Notes under the pieces: model-generated
What the model saw: the letters and a program-made list of their open reading frames with translations, nothing else
Told to the model about the DNA's origin: nothing
Database searches by the model: none
From: Centroscyllium fabricii
Lineage: Eukaryota
NCBI GenBank assembly: GCA_051313645.2
Contig: JBNRSN020000006.1
Location: 52,824,001 to 52,888,000, forward strand
DNA: 64,000 nucleotides
Direction of reading: 5' to 3'
In this document: positions 52,295 through 64,000 of the stretch, one piece after another
Layout: every line of letters starts with the position of its first letter
Numbering within the stretch: position 1 is the stretch's first letter
Translations under genes and position numbers: made by a program

Positions 52295-53550
52295 ACATAG
52301 GATTACATAGGATATACAGCACAGAAACAGGCCATTCAGCCCAACCAGTCCATGCTGGCGTTTATGCTCCACTCGAGCCTCCTCCCATCTTTCCTCATCT
52401 AAATCTATCAGCATAACCCTCTATTCCCTTCTCCCTCATATGCTTGTCTAGCCTCCCCTTAAAAGCATCGATATTATTCGCTTCAACAACGCTCCCTGTG
52501 GTAGCGAGTTCCACATTCTCCCCACTCTCTGGGTAAAGAAGTTTCTTCTGAATTCCCTATTGGATTTCTTGGTGACTATCTAATATTGATGGCCTCTAGT
52601 TATGCTCTTCCCCACAAGTGGAAACATTGGGTTGGATTTTATCAATGGAGGTGTGTAGGAGGCAGGACTCCCACTTTTGGGGTTGTAGTCCTGCCTCCAT
52701 CGAGTTGTGGCTAACCCACTCGATTTTCCCTTGATTGACCTTGTTTAGCTCGCCCAGCAGGTTAAGCAGGCCAATTAAGCGCCACCCTGCAACAGGTGAC
52801 GTCACAGATTGACATTTACTCGGTCAAGAGCTTTTGAAAGATGAAATATAGTGTTTGACAGCTCTTTGAAGCTGTCAAACACTGACAATCTGTACTCTAA
52901 GTTAATTCTTTCCTCTCAGGCTTATTTAGAGATCTCTCCAGAACAGAAAGCTGAATGCTGTAACTTTTGACAGCTGGCGGCCATTCTGCTTTCTGTGCCG
53001 GTGAGATGAGGGACTCCTGAGACCTGAAGGAAGGAAGCCTGCATTAGTAAGTAAAGGTAAGTAAAACGTATTTAAACACTTTACACACACCAAACACACT
53101 TACCTCTGCACTCATGCACCCATCACTCACCTGAACACCGGACATCTCGAACCCTCTAAGTCCTTCAGCCCGACGGTTCACCTCGCTAACTTGGCGTGGT
53201 TTGGAGCCCTCGGGCAGCCCACACCTCAGGGATAAAAATAGGGATTAGGCTAAAAACTGCCAGTTAACTACCTGTTAACAGGCAGTTAATTGGCACTAAT
53301 CCCTTTCCTGCCTCGGGCAGGCGGCTCCCAGCACGGGTCGGGTAACCGCCTTCTGGGAAATAGGCATGCAGGCGGGTTGGGGGCGGGGTGGATTCATGCC
53401 CCTCGATTTAGCGATTTTAGCACCCCACACGCCTCCATTCCCGCCTCCACAGCCCTGGGAAATTCTAGCCCATTGCCTCTGTATCCACTCTATCAAAATT
53501 TTTCATAGTTTCAAAAACCTCTATTAAGTCACCCCTCAGCCTCCTCTCCA
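52295..53550 (-). mobile_element. CR1 3' fragment split by the MITE at 52629-53471
   Basis: CR1 sequence ...caagtggaaacatt resumes as ...ctctgtatccactctatcaaaa after the insertion. Confidence 0.75.
52629..53471. mobile_element. Harbinger-type MITE (second family)
   Basis: gggttggatttt...aaattctagccc with 3-bp TSD ATT; similar to 59761-60585. Confidence 0.82.
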
Positions 53551-53559
53551 TCTTCTTGG

Positions 53560-54113
53560 TCAACCACTGACCGGGCAGGCTGCATTTCTTGGGCATGTGA
53601 AATGAGGAAGGCACAAGGGTGGAGTTGTGAGGGGAGGGCGGGAAAGCAAGAGGTGCATGTGAGAAGGAGGATAATGTACGAGGATACTAGCATCTTGTAT
53701 CCTTTCAGCCTCGCTGCTGGCCAAGGGCTCAGCCATGCCCCTGCCAAGTGGGTGAGGTGAAGATAGAAATAGGAGGTGTGCCTCGTGTTTAGTAGAGATT
53801 GTTGGTAGGTGAGTGGAGGTGGAGTCATGCATTGAGCAGTGTGTGAGGCTAGTGGTGCAGTTAGTAGGAGACAGCTTTTGAAGATCCATTCACTGATCTT
53901 GACCAGTGGTCTGAGGTCATGAAACTTCTTTGGGCACTGGAGCCAGGTGGTGGGAGTGACACTGCTGGCAGTGACGGCCTCAGTGATCTGGTCCCACATC
54001 ATCCTTTCTGATGGGCCTCCTGGCCCCTGTGGGTAGAGGACCTCTCTTGCTGTCCAAAGCTGGGGTGCTGCATGCGAGACCCTGGGTGCCCCTTCCCAGG
54101 CCTGCTGAGCCAT
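53560..54113 (-). pseudogene. Harbinger Myb/SANT-like gene remnant
   Basis: MAQQAWEGAPRVS...REVLYPQG...MWDQITEAVTASSVTPTTWLQCPKKFHDL. Confidence 0.7.
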
Positions 54114-56025
54114 TTGTGTTGGTGTGGAAGCACTTTTACCATTTTTTTATTAGGTGCGGAAGGCAATTCAGCTTTAAGAGCTGAAGACTCCCATTGGAGA
54201 ATTCTTTTAAAAACAAATTTCAGAAGACAGTTCAGCTGTAAGGGTTTAAAAACTGCATATTTTTACATGAATTTAATTTTTCATTTCAGAAGTCCCCCTT
54301 TAAGTGACCGAGTAGCTTTCTGAAATGACAGCTTTGCTTTAAGAGAAGGCTATACTTGCTGCAATAACGCTACAGCCATGCTACATAGGGGCTCCGTACC
54401 GGGACGAACAGCACCAAAACAGCCTTGCACGGTAAGTTTAGCGCTGGGCTAATGTTAGGCACCAGCGCCAATTTACTGGAATTGCCAGCACCATCATTTC
54501 CGGCTTCAGTTAACACCAGCCCATGGTGGCAACAACAGATTTTTAACCGATATCGAATTTCCAGGCCTATATTCTTCAAAAAGAGAAGGTCTCCCTTTAA
54601 ATGCTCAGATCCTGTCAGCCCTCAAAGTGCCTACACCCAGAACATTTCATATATGGGCAAACTCAAGCTGTAGCGTAATCCCGTCAAGAATCACTGGGCA
54701 TTGTGTTTACAGCCATAAGCATGTCGATACAATATACTATTCTATTAAAATTAAAGCTCTGGTCTTTTTTTGCCTTGAGCTCCCGAGGCCTGATCTACGA
54801 CCCTGCTGGAAATCCACACACTGCCTGTGGAGAAATTGGGTGCACTGCATACTTTCAGTCCCCGCCCATTCACTGTGCTGGCTTGGAAATCTTACCCACA
54901 AGTGCGTAATCCCATATGGCAACAGTTCTTGTCCAAGCACTTCAGCTGACTTGCCACTAGACAGGCCATGACTGCATGGGGGTGGGGGAGGGGGCGGTCA
55001 GAGAATGGCACATACACTTGGGCTGGATTTTCCTGAAGGTATGGGAAATGGGTGGGATCCTCACTGATCACTCTATCTTCCCATTTTCTGAAGGGTGTGG
55101 AAACCCCATGCAATTCTGGCTTAATTGGCCAATTAAGTCCCTGAGTGTGGGAAGACCCTGGCAATTGAAGGATTTTACATAGAAACTGGGCGGGCTTTGC
55201 ACTGTGTCAGCAGCAGAGCCAATGATAGACAGCTGTAGTGATAGGTTTGGTGTTTCTCTTTCTGTGGTTTCAGGGCATTATGATGTCATAATGCAATATC
55301 AGCAGAGGAAACCACAAATCTAAGATTGACAGCTTTAACTAGGCTGACTCTGTTTGTTTGTGGTTTCAGTGGAATGTAAACAGAAACTGACCCACTGGAT
55401 GATTGACAGCTTCACTGCTTTGCTTCACAGACACAGCTTGCAGTGCGATGTCTGTGAGTCAGTGGGATGTAGCTGGCAGGTAAATGATTTTAAGGTCTTT
55501 GGCCACTGAGGTTTGGCACCCTTGGGAGACAGTTACACCTTCAGCATGTTGGAGGTCAGCAAGCCGCTGTGTGACTGCTGTTTCCCATGCCTTGAACATG
55601 GCAGTCACCCAGCCAATTGGGTGTCTGCCAGCTTTCAACGGTGGTGTTCCCACCAGGTGGGTTTAGAGTGGGAAGAGGCTCAAAGTAGCAAGGGGCCCTT
55701 AAAATGGTATTACCGATTGCCAATTAAGGGCCCCTAATGAGCCTAACGAGCATCTCCGCCGATTCCGGGCGGGCCGATTGGACCCGCCGGGTGAAATTGA
55801 CAAGCGGGCGGGAACGTGCCAGGGGGCTTCGCGGACCCCCGTTTTTGCTATTTTCGTTGCAATACCACCCAAAATCCCACCTCACGGCCCGATGAAAATT
55901 GATCCCAATATGTTCAAAATTGAAGAGCAACTGTGAGGCACCAACAATTTTTATTCATACAAGCAATCTGAATCGGAATTAAGAAAAAAAAAATTTTATC
56001 CAGATTAAACTGTTGAATCACTCAA

Positions 56026-56798
56026 TGGGGGAGAAATTGGTCAGCCCATGTTTTGTGGTGCTGACCTGGGCGATGCGCTATTTTTAGCGCCAGCAATGAG
56101 CTGGCGCTAAGAATGTTGATATTGGCCGCATCGCCCATTACGGGTGGGCGGGAGCAGAATCGGGCAGGCCGCCTCGCTCTTAGTGCGAGGCAGCCGAACA
56201 CCGGGGCTTGGGTGCTGCGCTGCGCGAATGAGGCCACAGCAGCGGCCCGCGGAACGGCAGGCCTTCCTCCCCCATTAAAGAGGAGGGACCTAGCGCGGCT
56301 GCGGCCGGAGCCCCGCGGGGCCGCCGAGGGATCAGGAGCCGGAGAACGTGCCCGGCACTGGAGGGAAGTACCGGGCTCAGCTGAGGGAGGCCTGACCCCG
56401 CTGAGGGAGCAGCGAGGGAGGCCGGGAGAAGCCGAGGAGGAAGGTGATGGCGGTCGGCCAGCAATAAAAATGGGTGACCGCCGCACTTCCCTTTAAGCAA
56501 CGCTCGAGCAATGCTTTTTCGGACTGGGAAAGCTGGCACGGGCAGCGCCCAGGGGCAAGTCGGCGGGCGCTGCCCAATTTTGGCCGCGGGTGCCTCCCAG
56601 GCACTGCGCGGCCTGATAATGTCATTCCCGAAGTCCAGTTGGGTGCTAAATTCATTGGGGCGCTACCAGTTAGCCCCCAACTTAGCGCCCAGCTGAATTT
56701 AGTGCTGGGCGCTATTTTTAGCGCTAATTCAGTGCCGCCCGATTAGCACCCATTTTGGGCGCTAATGCATTGGTGCTAGAGCGTGAATTTCACGCCCT
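56026..56798. mobile_element. GC-rich MITE with repeated TAGCGCC/GGCGCTA subterminal motifs
   Basis: Termini gggggagaaatt / aatttcacgccc; no coding similarity recognised. Confidence 0.6.
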
Positions 56799-56942
56799 AT
56801 AGTGTTCACTTTTAGGGAATACTCCAACACTGAAAGAAGTTGAAGTAAATTGAGGCTATGCATGTGGACAATGTACACTGTCTGTATTCCTAAACATTGC
56901 CCAGGGTATGAAAAATACATGTAAGGGACACAAACACATCCT

Positions 56943-57721
56943 GGCCAAAATTTTAATGTCCCCGTGAGGTGGGGTTTTTGGCGGGTCGGACGGCAAAATA
57001 GCGGAACAATTGGGTCCCGACCACTCCCCCCAAGCCGGATCCCCGCCACTTTTGCATTTTCCGCCGCCCCTTCTCCCCGCCCCAAATCTTTCCCACCGGC
57101 GGCCGGCGGGGATGGTTGCTCAGCTCATTAAGGGCCCTTAATTGGCATCTGTAATGCCATTTTAAGGGCCTTTAGCAATTTTCAACCCCTTCCCACCCAA
57201 CCCCGCCATCCTAAAACCCAGTGGTCTTCCTAACTTTCTCCTTCAAGGTGTTGAAGGACCTAGAGCAAAATGCATCCCAGGCCTTCAACACCCTGGAGGA
57301 GTAAATCACTCCCTTGGGTGAAGACCAGCTGTGGGAAAAACTTAGAAATCTTACCTTCACAGCTCCAGTGACAGCCGGTGCCTAGCTGTCAAAGATTTGC
57401 AGCTCGCCCGCCCACCTGTCACTCAACAGCACTTGGCCTTTCCCATTGGTTTCACTCCACTGTGATGTCACAGTGGAGTGTTACCATGGGAACTGTAAAC
57501 ACACAGTTCCCGCAGCTGTCTGACAGCCTCCTGGAATCCTGTTGGAGCTCCGTAATTGGTGACTTGACTGCTGCAATTACCAGGGGCACCCCGCACATGG
57601 GGATTTAATTGAGCAATTAAACGAAAATAGTGTCGGCTTCCCAGGCCCTTGGCGGGACGGGACAGGAACCCACCCCAACCAATCCCCGCCAGGTTCCCAC
57701 ACCTCCAGGAAAATCCCCCCC
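56943..57721. mobile_element. Harbinger-type MITE
   Basis: Shares internal sequence with 45821-46636. Its left end resembles the reverse complement of the Harbinger end at 28230-28458. Confidence 0.8.
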
Positions 57722-58159
57722 ATGAGTGGGAATCCAAAGCATTTCTCCAAATTGGAATGAACTGAGAGAAATTATCATTGAGGACTCACTATGCTCCAAG
57801 ATCACACCATTTTACCAATTGCTTAAAATTTTGTGACAGGATGTAGTTGTAACCACATCAAACATGAATAGATGAACTTATAGAGTATGTGTATATTCCA
57901 AATACACACCTGCTGCCAGTTATATATCTGTGGACGCACTGTTTATTCATTGAACAGATGCAGTTTAGTTTCTTGTGCATGATAGGATTTCTAAATTCAC
58001 TGTATAATAGTTCAATAACTAATGTAAAACATGAATGTATTTTTTCCAAAGTAGGAGTATATGAGCATAAGACAATTTAGTGGCAAAGAAGGCTTTTGTG
58101 CTAATAATTGGAGTAAGACAGACGTTTTGTACCGTTGATTCCTCACAATTGAGTTCCTG

Positions 58160-58590
58160 ATTGGGCTTGTACTCGCTGGAGTTTAGAAGAATGAGAGGGG
58201 ATCTCATTGAAACTTATAAAATTCCAACAGGACTGGACAGACTAGATGCAGGAAGGATGTCACCGATGGCGGGGGAGTCCAGAACCAGGGGTCAAAGTCT
58301 AAGGATAAGGGGTAAGCCATTTAGGACAGAGATGAGGAGGAATTTCTTCACCCAGAGAGTGGTGAACCTGTGGAATTCTTTATCACACAAGGCAGTTGAG
58401 GCCAATTCATTAAATATAATCAAGAAGGAGTTAGATATATTTCTTAAGGCTAAAGGGATCAAGAGATTTGGGGAGAAGGCAGGGACAGGGTACTGAGTTT
58501 GGATGATCAGCCATGATCTCATTGAATGGCGGAGCAGGATCAAGGGGCTGAATGGCCTATTCCTGCTCCTATCTTCTATGTTTCTATGAT
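58160..58590 (+). mobile_element. CR1 3' fragment
   Basis: GLYSLEFRRMRGDLIETYKI...VVNLWNSL; ctatgtttctatg tail. Confidence 0.9.
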
Positions 58591-58730
58591 TTTGTGTAAC
58601 AACTAATCCAACATTTAAATTTGTTTTATTTTATAAGAACTCGGTAAGATTGTAAATAGATTTTAATCCTAGTTTCCAATAAGACACTTCTCTAACTTAA
58701 AAAGTTAATTTGAATCAAATGAAACTCTTA

Positions 58731-58853
<123 letters not shown>

Positions 58854-58933
58854 TCAAAGATGATCTCACAGATGTTTAAGACATGACATGTATATGCTAA
58901 ATTGGAGGCAATCTGATTTCCTCAGACACTATG

Positions 58934-59758
58934 GGGGGGATTTTCCCGGAGGTGCGGGAACCTGGCGGGGATTGGTTGGGGCGGGTTCCTGTCCTGCCCG
59001 CCCAAGGGCCTGGAAAGCCAATGCTATTTTCCTTTAATTGCTCAATTAAATCCCCGTGTGCGGGGAGCCCCTGGTAATTGTCTCAGTTGAGTCAGCAATT
59101 ACAGAGCTCCAGCGGGAATGCAGGAGGTTGACAGACAGCTGCGGGGACTGTGTGTTTACAGTTCCCATGGAAACACTCCACTGTGACATCACATTGGAGT
59201 GCATCCAATGGGAAAGGCCAAGTGCTCTGAGTGACAGGCTGCAAATCTGTGACAGGCTGCAAATCTGTGACAGCTAGGGACCGTCTGTCAATGGAGCTGT
59301 TAATGGAGCTGTCAGGTAAGAATTTTAAGATTTTTCCCACAGCTGGTCTTCACCCAAGGGAGTCACTTACACCTCCAGGGTATTGAAGGTCTGGAAAGCA
59401 TTTTGCTGTAGGTCCTTCAACACCTTGAAGGAGAAAGTTACCAAGACCACTGTGCTCCTGCTAGGTTTCACCTGCGGAGTTTTAGGATGGCGGGGTTTGG
59501 GTGGGAAGGTGTGGAAAATAGGTGAGGGCCCTTTAAATGGCATTAGGCAGACCAATTAAGGGCCCTCAACTACTTTAACTAGCATCCCCGCCGGCGGCGG
59601 GTGGAAAATTTTCGGGACAGCGGGACACGCCGCCCGAAACTTACAAGCTGGCGGCGATCCGGCGGTGGGGGGCTGGGACACCCCCCCGCCCCAGTTCCGC
59701 GATTTTAGGCCCCGACCTGCCGGATCGCTGCCCTCCCGGACTGAGGAAAATCCACCCC
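58934..59758. mobile_element. Harbinger-type MITE, inverted relative to 56943-57721
   Basis: ggggggattttcc / ggaaaatccacccc; possible TSD ATG. Confidence 0.85.
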
Positions 59759-59760
59759 AT

Positions 59761-60585
59761 GGACTGGATTTTCTCAATGGGGCATGTTGGGGGCGGGACA
59801 TCCTGCCCCCCAATGACGTCCAGCCAACCCACACTAGGTTCCCTTGATTGAACTTGTTAAGCCCCGCCCTGTGGGCTTAGCCAGCCAATTAAGGGAAAGC
59901 CAGTGACAGAGGACGTCAGTGTATGACATTTCATCTGTCAAACATTTTTGACAGATGAATTGTCAGCGTTTGAGAGCTTTGAGAAGCTGTCAAACATTGA
60001 CATCTCTGTTCTAAGGTGAGCCCTTGCACACAGGCGCACCAAGACCTCTCTCCTCAGCAGAAAGCAGATGGCTGCTGCATCTGAGAATGGAGCATCCATT
60101 CTGTCATCTCTGCCATTGAGATGAGGTACCTCTGGATCCCCAAAGGTTGAAGCCTGCAGGAAGAAGCAAAGGTAAGTAAACTTTTTCTAACACTTTGCAC
60201 TCACCTCTCACAATTACCTCTCCACACTTGCGCCCATCACTCACTTCTACAGCTGACATCTCGACCCCGCTCACTCCTGCAGACCCATTGCTCACCTCGC
60301 TGACCCTGGCGAGGCTCGCAGCCATCGGGAAGCCCATACTTGTGTGGGTAAAATGGGGATAAGCCGCTTAACTGCCTGTTAACTACCTGTTAGCAGGCAG
60401 TTAATTGGCTGTAATCCCCTTCCCGCCTTGAGGAGACAGTTTCCTGCGTGAGTCGGGGACCCGACTCCTGGGAAGATGACACGGAGGCAGATTGGGAGCG
60501 GGGTTGGTAACCATTCCCAGTTTCTGCCATTTTCATGGCAGTCGCGCCTCCATACCCGCCTCCCCAGGGCTGGCAAAATTGCCCC
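59761..60585. mobile_element. Harbinger-type MITE (second family) abutting the previous one
   Basis: ggactggattttc / aaaattgcccc; collinear with 52629-53471. Confidence 0.78.
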
Positions 60586-61046
60586 TATATTCTAATCTAA
60601 ATAAAATGTACAACTTACTTTTCTATAGAACTCCTCCAATACAGAGACCTGCCTCACAGGGCAGTGGACAACTAGTGGACACTAATAAGGAGGGAATAAG
60701 GGAAAGATGGGATTAAGAGTGGGCAGAGAGAAGAGACTTTAGGAAGTTGCTGAGGGATGAAGATCCAAGGGGTGGGGACCTGAAGGAGCAGCTACCAACG
60801 GTGCACCACAGGGAATAGATGACGAGAAGTACACAACTGTTCATAAAGCTGAGGGTGCATGAAGGGACATATGGCAAGAAGAGATTGCTGAGGTTGGGAA
60901 GGGTGAAACCACGGACTGATATGAAGTTGAGAATGAGTATCTTCAGGTCATTTCAAATGGGGAACCATTTGAGCATGACAAGGACAGGGGTCATGTGGAC
61001 ATAGGCCTTAGTTTGGGTGAGAACATATGTCTAGGCATTCGGATGA

Positions 61047-61649
61047 GGGGCGCCGATCGGCCTTCGGAGGAGCAGGGAGCTTGGAGGACTCGGGGAGATC
61101 TGGGATGGCGCCGGGTCGATCACTAGGCCCCAGGCCTCAGGCCCAGAGCTCAGGGGAGCCGGAGGGTGCTGGGCTAAGCCCCAGGCCTCAGGCCCGGAGT
61201 TTGGGGTGCCAGAAGGTGCTGGGCTAGGCCCCAGGCCTCAGGCCCGGAGTTCGGAGCTCGGGGAGCCGGAGGGTGCTGGACTAGACCCCAGGCCCGGAGT
61301 TTGGAGCGCAGGGGAGCCGAGATGGCGCCTAGAACGTGGATTCGGGGGAGCCGGCATGGTGTCGGGCCGAAAGGAGTCAAGTCGAGAAAACAACGGAAGA
61401 TACAGTGGCAGAGCAAGTTAACGGAGCGGTAGAGAACAACTAACATCGAACTGAGTAGCCAGAGCAGGAACGGGACCCACGATGATGGTGCCGGAGAATG
61501 GCTGACATCTTGCGGGCTTGTGCGTGCCGGGCAGCTTAATGTCCTTGTTGCGTGGTTGTTGCATGATGCGTTCAGATCGCAATAAGCATTTCACTGTCTA
61601 GATTGTATTTAGTACATGTGACAATAAACTTGAACTTGAACTTGAACTT
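61047..61649 (+). mobile_element. Non-autonomous retroposon with a (CTTGAA)n tail and GC-rich internal tandem repeats
   Basis: Flanking duplication GGATGA; aataaa followed by cttgaa repeats. The same 3' tail occurs alone at about 9017-9075. Confidence 0.7.
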
Positions 61650-63159
61650 GGATGAATCATTATTTATGGAAGGTGGAAGCAGGAAGTCAGCAAGGGGAGC
61701 ACTAGCACCTCGAGGTGGTAAAGACATGGGGCCAGAAATTCCGATGCCTAAAGCAGATGCCCACGGAGATGCCCACAAAAAATGCCCACGGATCCGAGAT
61801 GCCCACGGATCCGAGATTTCCGATGCTGAGGGAGAAGGGCCCTCAGCATCAAACGCACGAGTGAGTTGCAACCAGAAATTGGGCTCCAAAAGGGTGCTTT
61901 TTTTTCTGTGATTCTGTGGGCAATGGAGCCCTCAGATGCACATGAAAAAAGCTGCAGTAACTCGTGGGTGAGGTAGAGAGAAACGTTCTTAGGGATCTGG
62001 GGGCGTTTTTAATTTAAATTTGGGATCTGTGGGCGGGGCATACACTGCGCACCTAGCATGGCTGGACTGCCACGTTGCGAACGAAGGGGGCGGAGCCAAT
62101 CGGAAATTCAGAACATAAAAAAAGTCCGATGTTGGTGGGCATGGTCCTAGTTGCCCACCAACCGGCAAACCCGAATTTCTGGCCCATGAGTTAGGGTTTC
62201 TGCAGCAGAGAACAAGAGAGAAAGTGGAGAAGGTGGGTGATTTTTCAAAAATAAAAGAAAGCAATCTTGGTAACAAATTGGAGGAAGCTAATCTCTGGGT
62301 GGAGCAGAAACCAGAGCTCCTCCCCTCTGAGCTTAGTCTGGGGTGGCAGGGTGGGAGGTTGATGAAGTGGAGGCCAGAGACCTTTAGGTGTTTGTGGGAG
62401 CTGAAGTGTATGGCTTCAATTTTCCCAACATTTAGCTGGAGGAAGTTTTGATTTATTCAGATCTTAATACGAGATTGGCGGCTGCAGAGAATGTCATCAG
62501 CTGACCCATGCTTCAAGCTGATGTCTCCAATGAGTAGCATGTAAGGGATGAAATGCAAGTGGCCGAGGATGGAACCTTTAGATACAGCTTAGGTGATTGC
62601 ATGGAAGCGAGGAAAAGCTGTTGGAGGCAATGTTGTGCCTATGATCTGATGTGTAGGAGAGAAACCATAAGGGAACAGTGCCAGAGAGTAAGCAATAATA
62701 GACACTATTACAAAGAGTTACAAGGCTTCAAGAAATCAAGGAATCCTGATTAAGCCAGAAAGCAAAACTTTGTAATTTATGATCTGCAGAATTTAAATTT
62801 ATTATTTACAGCTTTCAACCTACTCCATATGCTTATAACTGTACTGATTTCTGTAACCAGTACTGTCACAGTGGCTCAAACTTCCCATTCTAAATAGAAA
62901 ATAATTTATATGTTTTCGTGATATATTTGTACTCATCAAAGTGAGGAATGTCATTGCCGGGAGTATCAGTTTTCCCACTGTCTACCATTAATTAGGGACC
63001 ACCAGAAGAAATTGAGAGTAAAAAAAAACCCTCTCTGTCCTCAATTCAAAAACTGGTCTCGGTTTCAGCTGAGGAGTGGGTACAGGTGATTTCAGAAGTA
63101 AACTTTGGAACTTTTCAAAAGTCAGTGGATTTTTTTTGAATTTCTAGGTAATTTGATTA

Positions 63160-63956
63160 GGGGGGATTTTTGCAGGTCCGTGAGGGCGGCTTTCCAGCGG
63201 GGCGGGGCCTAAAATCATGGAACCGGGGGGTTCCAACCCCGCCGGATCACCGCCGGCTTGTACGTTTTGGGCGGCGTGTCCCGCCGTCCCGAATCTTTCC
63301 CACCCGCCGCCGGCGGGGATGCTCGTTGAGGTAATTGAGGGCCCTTAATTGGACTGAATAATGCCATTTTAAGGGCCCTCACATATTTTAAACCCCTTCC
63401 CACCCAAACCCCGCCATCCTGAAACCCTGCTGGTGAAACCCAGCAGGAGCACAGTGGCCTTGGTCACTTTCACCTTCAAGGCGTTGAAGGACCTAGAGCA
63501 GAATGCTTGCCAGGCCTTCAACACCCTGGAGGTGTAAGTGACTCCCTTTTCTTAGGGCCATCTGTGGAGAAAATATTTTAAAAACTTACCTTGACAGATG
63601 GATTGAGAGACGCTCCGTAACTGTGAAAGATTTCCAGTGCAACCGTCAACCTGTCACTCAAACCACTTGGGCTTTGCGATTGTTTGCACTCCATTGTGAT
63701 GTCACAATGGAGTGTTTCCATGGCAACTGTCAACAGACAGTCCATACAACTGTCAGTGGAAGTCCTTGCTCCCAGCAGCAGCGCCTTGATTGCCAACCCA
63801 AGTCAGGCAAGTGCAAGTGGCTCCCCACACGTGGGGATTTAATTGATCAAATTAGGCAAAATTGCGTCGGGTTCCCAGGCCCTTGGGCAGGCGGGACAGA
63901 GGCCTGACCCGACCAATCCCCGCCAGGTTCCCGCATAACTTCGAGAATATCTCCCC
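63160..63956. mobile_element. Harbinger-type MITE
   Basis: ggggggattttt / aatatctcccc; collinear with 45821-46636. Confidence 0.85.
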
Positions 63957-64000
63957 GATGTCTTTTTGATAATGCAAACTATATCCTGTCAATTTAAGTC

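Noticed and set aside
56022-56746. Several overlapping 90-150 aa ORFs in GC-rich DNA, and antisense ORFs over the Gypsy and Harbinger genes
   Set aside because: They arise from stop-codon depletion in GC-rich repeats and show no domain motifs.

Overview
Vertebrate genomic DNA, very likely from a cartilaginous fish (shark-type CR1 LINE tails, V-SINE, DeuSINE). The only host gene I can support is the 3' end of a ferlin, best matching FER1L6, on the minus strand: five GT-AG exons (58830 to 22558) encoding the last C2 domain and the C-terminal transmembrane anchor. Everything else is transposon-derived. There is a decayed retrovirus-like gag-pro-pol with two RNase H domains (about 668-14660) that was hit by two younger Ty3/Gypsy insertions. 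There are three related but distinct Gypsy families with 5-bp TSDs, one of them a three-LTR composite, plus a deleted tRNA-Leu-primed Gypsy and a solo LTR. PIF/Harbinger material includes one element with an open transposase ORF, a decayed relative and many MITEs. Also present are Tigger-like MITEs, Penelope-type palindromes with hammerhead cores, and CR1/Rex1 fragments and SINEs. The most striking observation is that the three Gypsy families have no tRNA primer-binding site. Instead the 13-14 nt after each 5' LTR are the exact reverse complement of that element's own poly(A)-signal segment, with compensatory changes between families, and all three RTs carry YLDN instead of YxDD. This points to a tRNA-independent priming and/or poly(A)-masking system. 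All calls were made by eye, without database searches.
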